Origin: Paragordius varius
Taxonomy: Eukaryota > Animalia > Nematomorpha
Reading direction: 5' to 3'
Length of the DNA: 64,000 bases
Assembly (NCBI GenBank): GCA_964247055.1
Contig: OZ176055.1
Coordinates: forward strand, 2,666,001-2,730,000
The position numbers and the translations under genes were made by a program. Below the pieces are notes generated by a model. That model was given only the letters and a program-made list of their open reading frames with translations, was not told the origin of the DNA and ran no database searches. Positions 27,645-40,900 of this stretch are shown one piece after another. Position 1 is the first letter of the stretch. Each line of letters begins with the position of its first letter.

Positions 27645-28235
27645 TTTTATATCATTTTAACATTAAACAATGTCCTTTTATCGGAATGTTATATATTTAT
27701 ATATTTGTAAATTTACAACTTTATATATATATTTTTTTTGATATTTTCCAGTACATTATATATATATTTGCAATATACCCCTGTTTTACCCAATGCTACA
27801 AAAGGCAATCGATTGTAAATTGTGATGTTTTAATTTTCTTTTAAAACATATTTTATCATTGTTTTCACACACTATAGACATATCTAAAATTGGTAATTTT
27901 AAATGACCTATATATTTTACTAAATCCATTTTTTAATATGATAAAATTTTGTGATATAACACATTCAATTTTAATTTGTATATTTAATGGTCACGCGGAT
28001 AGTTGAAAATAAATTGAATTTTTTTATACAATCATTAATATTTTGCATTTCGAAATCGTGGTTCTCAAATCAGAATGATATCTTTTTTAACTTCGATGTA
28101 AAATGATTGTTTTTTTATGTTTGGTATACAGTTTCGTTATATGAAATGCAAAACTTTGTATAAATATATTTTTAAATTTTTTTTAAGGAGATTAATATAA
28201 GATTTTTATGTAAAGCCAGAATGTTTTTAAGGTCC

Positions 28236-28237
<2 letters not shown>

Positions 28238-28277
<40 letters not shown>
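28238..28277. repeat. (TA)n microsatellite
   Basis: About 40-bp pure AT dinucleotide run. Similar shorter runs at about 31023, 36292, 41649, 44525, 50998 and 56075. Confidence 0.95.
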
Positions 28278-28279
<2 letters not shown>

Positions 28280-28547
28280 TCAAAAATTAAAATTATCCGG
28301 AAACAAGGTAAAAATATAAAGACAAATATTTTTTTCTAAAAGACACAATCATGCTTTTTAAATCCTAATTACTTTAACTCATTGTTTTGAACTCTCAAGT
28401 ATAAAATAGGGATGTATATTGGTAGCATCATTACATATTTTAGATTTTGATAGAATAGATTAGGATTTGAAAAAGTATGGTTATCTTTAGAAAAATTGTT
28501 TTTCTTTACATTTTTACGTTTTGTCTGTGTAATTTCAATTTTTACTG
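28278..28547. mobile_element. Tc1/mariner-like MITE (CAGT/TA family) downstream of MDH2
   Basis: Right end AATTTTTACTG|TA; inverted arms; interior is the reverse complement of the 9025-9276 interior. A diverged relative lies at about 29145-29405. Confidence 0.7.
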
Positions 28548-29434
28548 TATCTTAAGGTCATTTAAGATCATATTGTATTCGAGAAAAGAGAATTCAAAAT
28601 CAAGTGTTGGTATTATCGGTGAAAATAATATTAAAACATAGTAAATTTTGATGCTTTTTATAATCTCATACTGCGCTGTTAATTCAAATTTTTTCATCGT
28701 GGTAGTTATTCCGTCAAATTATGTACTACTCAAATAAATAATATTCTTAATCTCGATAAATTTGGTCCATATCCGGTGTCTGCTAAAAACCTTTCCTAAA
28801 ATCAATCTACTGTCAATAATTTTAAATAGCATAACTTTCATTTACACATTCCCAATAAATATGCTCACAGTACATATGCTTTCACTACTCTCGTCTCAGG
28901 CCATATATTATTGAATCTGTATGCCTTTGATGTGAAGCCGGATTTGGTTGCATAAGGCATACGTATAATGCTTTTAACCCAAAATAAATATCTAATTCTG
29001 CATTCAATTTTTATTTTATATGTTTTTTAATAACCCTAGGATAATATATTAATCAACAAGAAATATGTTTTTTTGGTTTGAGGAAGACACACATCATATA
29101 GCAAACAATATAAAATTTTGTTTATCAAACATTTCGAAACAAGATAAATCTTTAATTATGCACAAAAAATGTAAAAACATGAAGACAAACATATCAAAAG
29201 ACAACCATATTTAAAACTGGTTTTTTAACTTTCGTTTTGGATTTCATATAAAAAATAGACATGTAAAATGGCAATAACTCATCATTTGTATATTCAAAAT
29301 TGTAAATAAATAGTTTATGTAAAAAATCAAGGTTTAAATTATGGGTGTCTTTTGAAAAAAATATTTCTCTTTATGTTTTTACATTTTATCTGTATAATAT
29401 TTTTGAATAAGTAGTGAAACATTGGGAAAATAAA

Positions 29435-32400
29435 TTAGGCGGAATGCCGCGGTTTGGCTATAACCCATAAACCGCACAAAGGGTAATGAAATTCATTTTT
29501 CTTAAACTTTGTCGTATAGGGTGTTATATTAGGGGGACTTAATTTTGGATAGTTGACAAACTCCATATGGAGCAATATATGGACTAGAAAAGCTTTTAAC
29601 GTTAACATAGCATACGTTTCTGCAATACAACTTCGAGGTCCGATTCCAAAGGGGAGATAGGCATATTTGTTGTACCTTTATATTGTGTTAAAATGAGTAT
29701 AAATCTTAAAACTTATTTATCTGAAATATGATTTAAGAAAATATTTTATATGAAATTGAATAATGAGATAATATTTGATTTTAATTACATTGTAAAATCA
29801 ATACTAATAGAGTTAATGATAAAAAATATTTCTTTACTTTACCATAATTAGTAAAAGAAAAAACTTAATTAAATTACGTGTTGTTGGGAGCAAATCTTTC
29901 AGGAAGGAACTTATCCGGTTCGGGCCAATTGTCTGGATCATGATGTATCGTGTATATGGGAATATCTATAATGGTTCCCTTTGAAAACTTTAGATTATTA
30001 TGGGAATTATATTCTCCACACTTTTCCCTTTTATTACTAAATCGATTGGCAGTTATTGTATCATTTATGACTGTATTTTCCGCATTTTCTTGCATATCAA
30101 ACTCTGAGAATTCGTTTATATTTAATGTGTAGTCACACATAGCTATACGATTTATAATCGCCAACGGGGGGTCATGTCTTAACGTTTCCATTACAAATTG
30201 TTCTACGAGTGGGAGACCCCTAACAAAATCATAATCTATTAACTCTTCCCATTGGTTGTCCATCTCGTGGGTAAAGAAATTAAAATTATTTTCTTCGGAA
30301 AGGCCCTGATCTGTTGCTTGTTTTTGTAAGTTTGTCATAATTTCCTCGCATAAAAGCCTCTGATAATTTGGATATTGTGATAAGTTATATACTAACCAAG
30401 CTAATGAAGTAGATAATGTATCAAAACTGGCAAGAATAAGGAATATATTATTTGCCGATAACTGTTTTTCGGTAAATTTTGGTTCAACCAATGCCGTATC
30501 TGTTTTTGGCATTTGGTCAAAAGGACAGGAATTAATGGTTTCATTAGTTTTTGTATTTGGCAGTGTTTGGGAGTTTTTTGAGCATTTTCTAACGGCATTT
30601 TTCATTAGACTATACATGTCTTTTCTATATTTTACAATATACATTATTTATGAATTAAGGGGATGTTTATGGGAAACTAATAATAAATATCAATACTTTT
30701 TAACTGCTTTAAATTAAAATGAAGTTTTTGCTTTTGACCATAAAAAATAAACTTTTTTTAATGAAAAAACCAAATTAATTTTGTAATAGAGAATCATTAA
30801 ATATACTGTTATGATTTATGGATGAATATTGAGCTATAATTAGTTACGAAATAAAATTAATCAACCGAATCATAAATACTTTTATTTTGTATTATCCACT
30901 TTTTTACTGTATTGTTATCTGTTGCTTTAAAAAAAATTTAATCTTATTATTGGCCTTTACTATTCATCTATTCCAAAATTATAAGACCTTTCTTAAATAA
31001 CAAAAGGTTGGTACATATTTTGATATATATATATATATATATATATATAACCATTTACAGTTCAATTTCACCCTTAAACAATTCAAATTCACCCTTGAAC
31101 AATTCAAATTCACCCTCGAACAATTCATATTCACCCTCGAACAATTCAAATTCACCCTCAAATAAAATTATTTTCAACATCACCCTTGAACAATTCAAAT
31201 TCACCCTCGAACAATTCAAATTCACCCTCAAATAAAATATATGTTTTTTAAGATTAAAAATTACTTATATTTTATATATTTTTCAAAGATAAAAGTTTTG
31301 TTAAAATAATAAACTATACCATAAACATATATTTTATATTAATAATGAATTATACTAGTTCGAAAACACATAATTTATTTTTAGGGTAATTTGAATTGTT
31401 CGAAGGTGAATTTGAATTGTTCGAATTTGAATTGTTCGAGGGTGAATTTGAATTGTTCAAGGGTGAACTTGAACTGTAAATGGTATATATATATCCTTTA
31501 GCATATAAAAATAATACACATATTTAGCCTAAATAATACTTTTTCAAATCACCATTACATTCAGTTCGGTATTGCTCACAAAATTGGGACATAACTTGCC
31601 CAATATACTTGAGAGAAGACTCACCGACAAATGAAAGCCCTGTAAGGCTGGAAAATACTTGGGCCACACCACTAAACCAAGACAGTAAGGCAAAACGTAT
31701 CATAGTAAAGCCAAATATGTGTCCGGCATTCGTGACAAAATTCGTTTGTTCAAGGCTACCGTACGGTAATTGCATTCGAAACCCATTGCTTGTTATCACA
31801 TCTATGGCATATCGAGCAAATATATTTTTGGCTTCAAAAGGCGTTTTGCCATCCAAAGGGATGTAATTGCAGTTAGATGGGGGAGTAGTATGGTTTAAAA
31901 AGGTTTTAGAAGCCCTAACTCCATTTTCAGAATATTGAGTATTATAGACATTTTCTAGACCGCGATCATTGACGCGACAAGATGACAATAAGTTACGGGT
32001 ACATATATTATTTTGACGAAGCATACGTTTCAGCATAGTGGTGGTGAAAGCACCAATCATAATTTTCCGGCTAACTTTCCAATCCCGATAACTTTGGGCA
32101 ATGATAGAATCCGCTACACATTTTTGATGTAAAATCATGAGTTTGCGATCGGAAAAGCTTGTGAAATCTTTAATGAGTATACGTTTAAGTATCCGTGGAT
32201 CAGTAACCACAACGCTATAATTTAAGCCATCACATATAGCATAAACTTTAGGCTGAGATTGTTTCAAGCTAGAGTCAGCAAATAATGCCTTGTTACATTC
32301 CGTATGAAATATTTGAAATCCATACCGAATTAAACTTAATTGATGTCCAAACAGGGGTATGCAATAGGGTGGATATGGTAACTTGGAATGTTTCAATAGG

Positions 32401-32534
32401 ATAAATGGTCTAAAGAGTAGATAGGTTAATATGAGTAGCAAAACAACAAATATCGCAGATATAGAGGCGAAATTAAGCCAATTTTGTTCGCATAGATGAA
32501 AATGCAATGGTAAAGTAAATGACTTAAAAACCAT
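29435..32534 (-). CDS. Cytochrome P450, CYP3-clan-like, 3 exons, about 660 aa (expanded by loop insertions)
   Basis: Exons 32534-31540, 30624-29878, 29675-29435 with phases 2 and 2. N-terminal TM helix plus PYPPYCIPLFGH; C-helix WKVSRK; I-helix FLILASFDTLS; K-helix ETLR; FLPERF; heme motif LPFGIGPRSCIA. Confidence 0.92.
31051..31483. mobile_element. CCATTTAC-family MITE with expanded 21-bp array (P450 intron 1)
   Basis: Flanked by (TA)n. About 7-8 units of AACAATTCAAATTCACCCT(C/T)G in the left arm and 3-4 inverted units in the right arm. Confidence 0.9.
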
Positions 32535-35500
32535 TTTTGGCAAAAAAATGTTAATTGATAAAAATATTGGTGAATATGGAAAATCCCGGATATTCCAACA
32601 TAAAATATCATTTTTTTAAAAAAAATTTAAATTAATTAGAATGTTTTATCTTATGACCAAACATTGTGTGTTTACCACGTCGCATATATCCGCTTAATAT
32701 CTATTTGCATATTTTAATTTAATATTTTTATGTTTTTGGATGCAAGATTATGACGGTTAATAGAATCCATGATTAATTACTTGTAAATGCAAATAATATT
32801 ATACCTTTAATAATATTTTTAATATAATTTTTGTTATGAAAAATTAAAAATATGTTGACATGCCATTTCGAAATATTTTTACATTTTTTGACCTTGCGCC
32901 TGCATAATTTATCAATTCTCTCAAACTTTAGCTATTTTTTATATGTTTTGGAAGACAAACATCGTGTAAAATGTAATTTTTTATGTAAAATTAAAAATAT
33001 AAAAATTAATTGATGAAATTTTATCGCTTCTAACTTCTAAGTTTAAGCCAACAAACTAATAATTAGTATTTTTGAGGGGATAATGGTTCTGAAAATCTAA
33101 CTATGATTACGATTAATATTATAATAACATAGGGTCTTTGAGCATTCAGCCACAGTACAAACGGTTTAAACCACAAGTATCCAACATGCGGACCTTCGGG
33201 ATAATATTAACTAAATATATACGAAAGTTTCATAATCAAATAGCTATATATATATATAATTTATTATAAAATTATTTTTTAAAAATTCTTTCCAACTTTT
33301 GGCAACAACCTAGAAAAGATTAGTAAATAAATAATTGGGCATTCATAATTCAAACCGATGAAATATCTTATTGAATTTGGAGATGATAAAAAAAATTTTC
33401 AAACCACCATTTCAAAACCATAGACAGAAAATATGGGAGCCATTTGAGTTGGATTAACACGGCCAAAATGTATTTTAAGTAAACACTCCTTTGAATATAC
33501 TGTGTGCTAGTGTTCAAACCACGAAACTACGCAATTTTTTATTATCACTGTCAGCACTGGGCAGGCGAGTGTTAAAGCATTCACAAGTCTGGATACATTT
33601 TAAGTCCTTACCCTTATACATAAAAAGGAAAAAAACGACCTGAAACTGTATATATTTTTTAATTATTTTCTCCTTTTCCTTAATAAGCAAAATCACAACT
33701 ACATTAAATGAATTTAAGTTACACACCTACCTAACAACACGCAACATTTTCCCGTTTTAATACGATCGTGTGTAACCGATTTGACTTCGTCTAAATCAAA
33801 TCAACATTTTTATTTGCTCTCGGTTTTTTTTCGACTAACAGTCGGAAAAATTTGTTTTTAAAATCTTTTGGTATGTAAATTTCCTCTGTTTTTTAAAATG
33901 ATTTTGGTTAAAATCCAGGCTATTGGTTTATCTCGCCATCAATTAAGGCATTTCATTTTAGAAGCAAATTGCCGGTCTATTTTTTGTTGTATTCCTTAAT
34001 TCAAATTTCAATGCAAATGAATCTTTTAAATAAATTCGTAGAAAAATTTACACCAAATAATATAGATAAAGCATTTTTATTATAGAGTGTTTTTAAAACG
34101 TTTCAATTACGCTTCAATAAACCATGAAGTACATTTCATCAAAATTTGGCCAAAATATCTGTTTCAAAGCAAAGCATGAACTATTTAAAAAATTTATTTT
34201 TTATAATCTAGCCCATCTAAAATCGGACGGTTTAAAAAAATTTGATATCAGGATTATCATGATACTTTCGGTTTTGGGCCTACGAGTGATATAAGGAAAT
34301 TTGCCCTTTGTGGTAATTGCTCTATATCAGGGCTTCTTAAACTTTTGTAATTCCCGACCCCATTTATGATTGCGAGTTTCTTAACAACCCCAACAAATAT
34401 AAAAGAAAAATAAATTAATATTTTTTGATGATATACAGGTAACAATATACATATGCATATGAATATATATAAACTTAGAAATCGTTTTGAAACATATTAT
34501 AAAAAACTAAAATTAAAATTTGCACAAAATATTATAGAAATGTTTTAATATAGTTTCAAAAAGAAAAAGTGGATTCTCACCTTCTTAATTCTAATATATT
34601 CATCTACGATGATTGTTATTTTTCTTTATAACAACAATTTTACAAATTAAAAAACATTTTTTGTTAAATTGTATTTTTATTACTCGCGACCCCATAATTT
34701 TACAGCCCTGCTCTGCATGGTAAAATCGCAAAATTAGCGCACATTAAGTTTGGTAAAAAATTTTGCCAAAATGCTTTATTCAAAATATATGATCAAAATA
34801 TATGTTGTACTATATTTAAAAAATTTTCATAAAATTATAGTTGTTAATAATGGCCTCCGAAAGTCCAAAATTTTTGCGAACGGGCCAGTTTTCCCTTGAA
34901 ATGAACCCAAAAATGCTGAGTTTCCGGGTTAATGTATCTATATATACGAAACAAGTGGTACTACTCAAACCGCGGCCCACGAGAGGCATTCTTAAGGTGC
35001 CTTTTTGTGGCCTTGAATTATTTATATTAAATTTTGATAAACTTATTTTAATTTAAAATATCTGCCAATATGTTAAACGGCTGAGTAATTTAAAAAAAGT
35101 TATTTACATTTATCTGATTAATGGTCCCCATTAAATGGTAAAATTTGCTCACATTTTTATATATTTTTCTGATGAAAGCTATATGCTTCGTTCCAAAAAT
35201 ATCACTGAAATATATCAAAAAGTACACATAAAAAGCAAAACAATATTTTAAGAAAGTTATAATTTTATTAATTTAATTCTAAAAATTCCATTTTTTTTCG
35301 CCTTTCTACAATGTACAATTCTTTTGAAATGAATGCGTCAGGATTTTGCGATAAATAACATGTTAGATTTTGATATCAACTAAAAATATATTTTTAAATA
35401 TCCATACATTTTCAAAAAAAATTGAAAAATTTTGTTGAAGCGTACTTCATACTATTTTGAGGCATGATAATGCTATAAAAACGCTTTAAGGTATTAAAAA

Positions 35501-35575
35501 AGCAATTTTTATATAATATTACGAAGCTGATCATTTCTATCGCTTATCGTTTATCTTCAAGATTTGGTTAAATAT

Positions 35576-36842
35576 CAGGGCTTGGAACCGGAACCCGGTT
35601 ACCGGGATTTTAACAAGAACCGGTTCCATTTGGATGGAACCGAACCGGTTCCGGTTTCCCCGGGAACCACCCCGGTTCCGGTTCCAAAAATTCAGAAACC
35701 GCCCGGTTCTATTTTTAAATTCTCAAGAACCAACGCGGTTCCGGTTCTACCCCCTAAATTAGTGGTTTCCATATGATTTTTATTATATAGTAAATCTTAA
35801 ATAATACTGACAAAAAATATAATATTTTTTCAAAAAGATCTTGATTAATTTTATGTATAACTCATTGTTTTAATCTGAAAAGTATAATACAGAAATGTAA
35901 ATTTGTAATACAATCAATATATTTACAATATTAATTAATAGTTTATTTTTACATAGGAATTATGGTTTAAAAAAGTATGGTTGTCTTTTGAAAAAAACAT
36001 CGCTCGCCAACATTTATCCATCTTACACAAAAGAATAACTAGAGGAGACACTATCATTGTGATGATGATACAACGGAATTTAAAAATTATTTCCGTCAGG
36101 AAAATATCACAAATAATGATTTCGATATTATTAAAAATTCAATTTACGAATTCGATAAACAGCCGTTTATTACCCCATCAGCCAACATAATAGAATATTG
36201 GAAAAGTATGGAAAAAATTCACCCCGATTATATGGCCAGTATGTAATGGCCGTACCTGCTACCCAAGTTTATTTATAATACATATGTTCGCATATATATA
36301 TATATATATATATATAGGTCTCCGTTGAAAGGAGTTCACCCTTAATTTTATATTTTCCGACCTGAGAAGCAGTTTGACCAGCGATTTACTTGGTGCAATA
36401 ATTTTTTTAAAGTTAAATAAAGATTTTTTAGATGCCATACTTGATTTAATTCTCATTATATACCATTATACTGATACATTTTCCTATTATATTTTTACAT
36501 TTATGATGCTACACTATATTTCTTTCACTATACATTTGGCAATTTATAATAAATTGTTTGATTTATAATTGTTAATATTTTGGATGTATTATTATTATAA
36601 AATATATTTTGTAAGAAAATCATTTAATAAAAAGTTAGGAACCGAAAATGGAATTCTCAATATAAAGAACCGGTTCCGGAACCTCTAAATTTATAAGGAA
36701 CCAACGCGGTTCCGGTTCCATTTCCCCGGGAACCACCCCGGTCCCGGTTCTAAAAATTTAGGAACCGCCCGGTTCTATTTTAAAATTTTTAAGAACCAGC
36801 GCGGTTCCGGTTCCACTTTTTTTGAGCCGGTTCCAAGCCCTG
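35576..36842 (+). mobile_element. Non-autonomous hAT element with perfect 8-bp TSD and transposase C-terminal remnant
   Basis: TTAAATAT|CAGGGCTTGGAACCGG ... CCGGTTCCAAGCCCTG|TTAAATAT, with many subterminal GAACCGG/CCGGTTC motifs. Interior 36190-36430 reads IIEYWKS...VMAVPATQ|VSVER..ALNFIFSDLRSSLTSDLLGAIIFLKLN across frameshifts (hAT dimerisation domain). Confidence 0.93.
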
Positions 36843-37989
36843 TTAAATATAATTGTACACAAATTTAATATTTTAAAGCAAAAGAAGCTTAAAAGCAAAA
36901 TTCCAAAGAGATAAAAAGGTTCAACATTATCGCATTTATTTTAATAATCAGGTAAAGCGTTTTTTATCGTTTTCATATGATTCAAAATTGTATGAATTAG
37001 GCTTTGATAAATTTTGCTAATGAATAAATTTCTAAAAATCACGGCGTTTTTGCGAATATTTTAGAGAGCTCATGTTAAAAGAGCGAGAAAATTTGGCACT
37101 TCCGAAGCCCGTATTTAACAATTTATTTAAAAATATTTTGCTTTATATATGATGTTTATGAGTAATATATTTTGGAATAGAATCTTTATCTTTCCAAAAT
37201 TATTTAAAAAAATGTGCGCAAATTTTGTCATATTTGATATAATGTACTTACCACTTAATAAACTTTCTTGTATCACTCGTAATAGATCAAAATCTAAATG
37301 TGGGCGATATTTATAATTATATCTTAATAGAATAAATTAAACATAACCCTCCACATTTTTGTCCGCGATGACATGTTGGGTTACTTTTATATGTCACTCA
37401 ATCTTGTAAATGACTGCTGTTTTCAAAGTTTTAAAATCTATTATCTAACATTCTTATGCACTAGATAACCAAATCTTATATTTTTTTATATTTGACTTTT
37501 AGAGTCTAAATTTGGACAACTCAATCGAAACAAAAAGCGGATATTAGAATCAATATATATCAAGTTTGTCCTGGTAAGATGTAATCTGAAAGCTTTTTAA
37601 AGCTATTCATTTACATTTTCTAACCATCATATACATTTATTTGCCTGTTTTATTACCGCGTTAAAAGGGGAAAATGGCGCCGAAAAATTTTGTGATAAGA
37701 ATTTTTTACAATTTTACATTTAAAAACTTTTATTTATAATGCGCTTAAAAGGTTAAAAAGCATATTTTTAAAATACACTTAAGACCCCAATTTTTTTAGA
37801 GATATTTGAATTTCAAATCGCGGGAACCCGAATAGTCATGGAGTGGTAATTTATAATGCCCGATATCTTATTTGATAGAAAAAGATCATTTGAAACGCCT
37901 TTTTATGTATGATCCATCGCTTTATCAAAATAGCATGTGTAAAATATAGTACTACATATCCAGTATATAATTGTCATATATTATAGATA

Positions 37990-40900
37990 ATGAAAAAAGT
38001 AGAGTCATCTTCCATCGGTAAGGAACTCAACAATCTTAATATAACACCCATGAATAACAAAGAAAAAACAAAACAGAATAAAATTACCCTCAAAACGGCA
38101 AAAGTTTTTTGTGAGTTAATATGTGTATTAGGGTACACGTGATTATGATCCTCACCAAATGGCTATCCGCAAGCGTGTTCTGGAAACCGTGGTTAAAGCA
38201 TTCGAAAAATATGGAGCAGAATGCATTGATACACCCGTTTTTGAATTAAAGGTTTTATATCCTAATATTTAAATTGAGCGTTTATAGTTTTCAAATACAG
38301 TATACCCGTCCATAATAACCCGATCACGGTTAATATACCTATTATTACCTGCATCATGACTTTTTAAAATAAATGCGAAATTTAATATATAAATATTAAT
38401 TAATTTTTTTGTTTAATAATAATCTACAAATATTTAAAGTAATATTATTTCAAAATTATTATTTTTATTATTTTGGCTCCTTATAACGGTTCCATTACAC
38501 AACTTAATTAGGGACTTGTTAAAAAATATAAAATAGCATGATCATCCGAATAATCAAATTATTTTATAGACGCTGCTTGTTCAAAAACTCATTATGAGAG
38601 GTCGGTTTACTGTATTTGTATTGTATGTTTTATATAATTATTTGAAACACAAGTATTACTAATTTCTAGGATATTCTTGTCAATAAATACGGTGAAGATG
38701 GAGGAAAATTAATTTACGATTTACAGGATCAGGGTGGTGAGATTTTAGCTCTTAGATACGATCTTACTGTTCCGTTTGCTCGTTATTTAGCCTTAAACTC
38801 TAAACATATTAAAACAGGTCCTGGGGGAGTTTTTAAACGGTTAAAATTCACTTTTTTATTTTGTAATTTATTTTTTTTAAAAATAAACATGAATATTCCA
38901 TACAGATATCAAATTGGCAAAGTTTATAGGCGAGATAATCCTTCATTTGCGCGCGGTAGATTACGGGAATTTTATCAATGCGATTTCGATATAGCCCATC
39001 TTAATGTTCCAATCATGAGTTCAGTGGCTCCTAAAAATACAGCAAAATTAACAAATAATGTTGTTAATGAAAATACTTGTGAAATTACTGAATCTAATCA
39101 AGCTTTCAAAGATGCTTTTGATTCAATTGCTATCAATGTGGATTACGTTTTGGCCGAAGTCGAGTGCCTTAGGATAGTGATAGAAATTATCAAACAATTG
39201 GGATTTTTGGGTATATTTGAATCTTTATTTATATATATTTATCATATATTTAAGATATCAATTTTATTTATCCTCAATCATATATTGGCTCTTTGCTAAT
39301 TTTCAACAAATAAAAAATGATAGTTAATCAATTATAATATATTATTTATATGTTTTACTTGGTGTTAAAACAAACAAAAAATATGACTGAATATTTTTGA
39401 AAAACATTATTTGATTGCAAATATAGGATTCAATCGTCATTTATTAATAACTAATATGTGAACAAAAAAAATTGAATTAATAAATTTTTTTTGGTATTTT
39501 AGGCAACAATTTTAATAACACCTCACTTCCCTGCAATAATTTCATTGATGAAAAAATCACGGATACTACTTTAAATATGGAAGGCGATACTTTAAAATCC
39601 TCATGCAATGGTGAAAATTATAAACCATCCCAACTTAATAACGAAACACCAAAGAATAATAATAGTGTTTTACACATAAAAGTTAATCATAGGAGTTTGT
39701 TGGAATCAATTCTGCTTACAGGGGTCGGTGTGGCTTCTGAAGCATTTACAACCGTTTGTTCTACCATAGATAAAATGGATAAAATGTCTTTGCTAGAAAT
39801 ACGGAAAGAATTGATTCAAGTCAAAGGTTTAAATGATGGCCAAGTTGATATATTGTTCCATTATGTCACACAGGCTTCCAATGGTATATACATTTTAATA
39901 TATTATATCAATTTTTAATAAAATGTATAATAAATTTACTGTGGTGGTTAAAACAAAAATTTAATATGAATTGGAATTAAGTAAAAAGATATTATTTGAG
40001 TATTGGTTATATGGATATTTTTGGTTAAAAAGGAAAGTATTAAATTTAAGACCTATATAACCAGTAATATTATAGCAATTTTATAATGGTGGGTTTTTTT
40101 TGAAATTTTGATAATTTTTAAAAGAATATTAAAAATGGATATATTTGATTTAAAAAAATTATAAAAAAATTAAATTGTTAATAAGTCAAATTCTCTCCAA
40201 TTGTTATTATTCAATTAACAATTATTCAAATATTATCAAGATATATAATTGTTACAAATCGACAAAAAACGAAAATATAGATTATAAACTGTATATATAA
40301 CATTTACACAAATTCATCCTAAAAATAAATTATGTATTTTCGAACTAATATAACACTAGACAACAAATTTTAACTTTTTTTAACTGCCATTCTTGTAAAT
40401 TTAAAATTTATTTCATTAAAGTACATAATTAGTATATATGAAAAGAAAATTGGTCATACATGGAAGAATTTTTTTATATTAGAGTTTATCGATAATTTTT
40501 GGCCCCGATTTAACATTAAATTCGAAATTTCAAAAATTTAAAGTTTTAGATATGAAGCCATGTAATTTATATCATTCGAAAGAGCGCAAAAAACTGCATC
40601 TTTTAAATGGTAGTAAGTCATTTAAATCCATCGGATGTAAAAGTTATTTGGATTTAAATGGTCAAAATTTTCAATCCTTAAATAAGTCAAGAATTTTCAC
40701 AGACAAACTAATTTGAAAATCTTATAAATTATTTTAATATAATTATTAGGGTTATATTAGTATTTAATTTAAAAAAAATATTTGAAAAAGCTTTTGGTTT
40801 GCTTTTTTAATAAAAATTATTATTATCATAAATATTTTACCTAGTGGATACTAAAATGCATAGTTATAACTGTAAATTTATTATATAATGGCTATAAAAG

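Noticed and set aside
28700-28990. Open minus-strand stretch (…RMPYATKSGFTSKAYRFNNIWPETRVV…) considered as a last P450 exon
   Set aside because: The P450 is already complete, with heme motif and stop in exon 29675-29435. No recognisable motif is present, so this is probably TE debris.
30979-31490. Regular ~21-bp repeats resembling a CRISPR array, and ORFs 30979-31161 (RVNLNCS)n and 31008-31235
   Set aside because: The units are contiguous without unique spacers, are mirrored in inverted orientation and lie inside a TIR-bounded MITE within a P450 intron. The ORFs are translations of the repeat.
35564-35776. Pro-rich ORF MVKYQGLEPEPG...
   Set aside because: It is a translation of the hAT subterminal GAACCGG repeats and has no protein-family signal.
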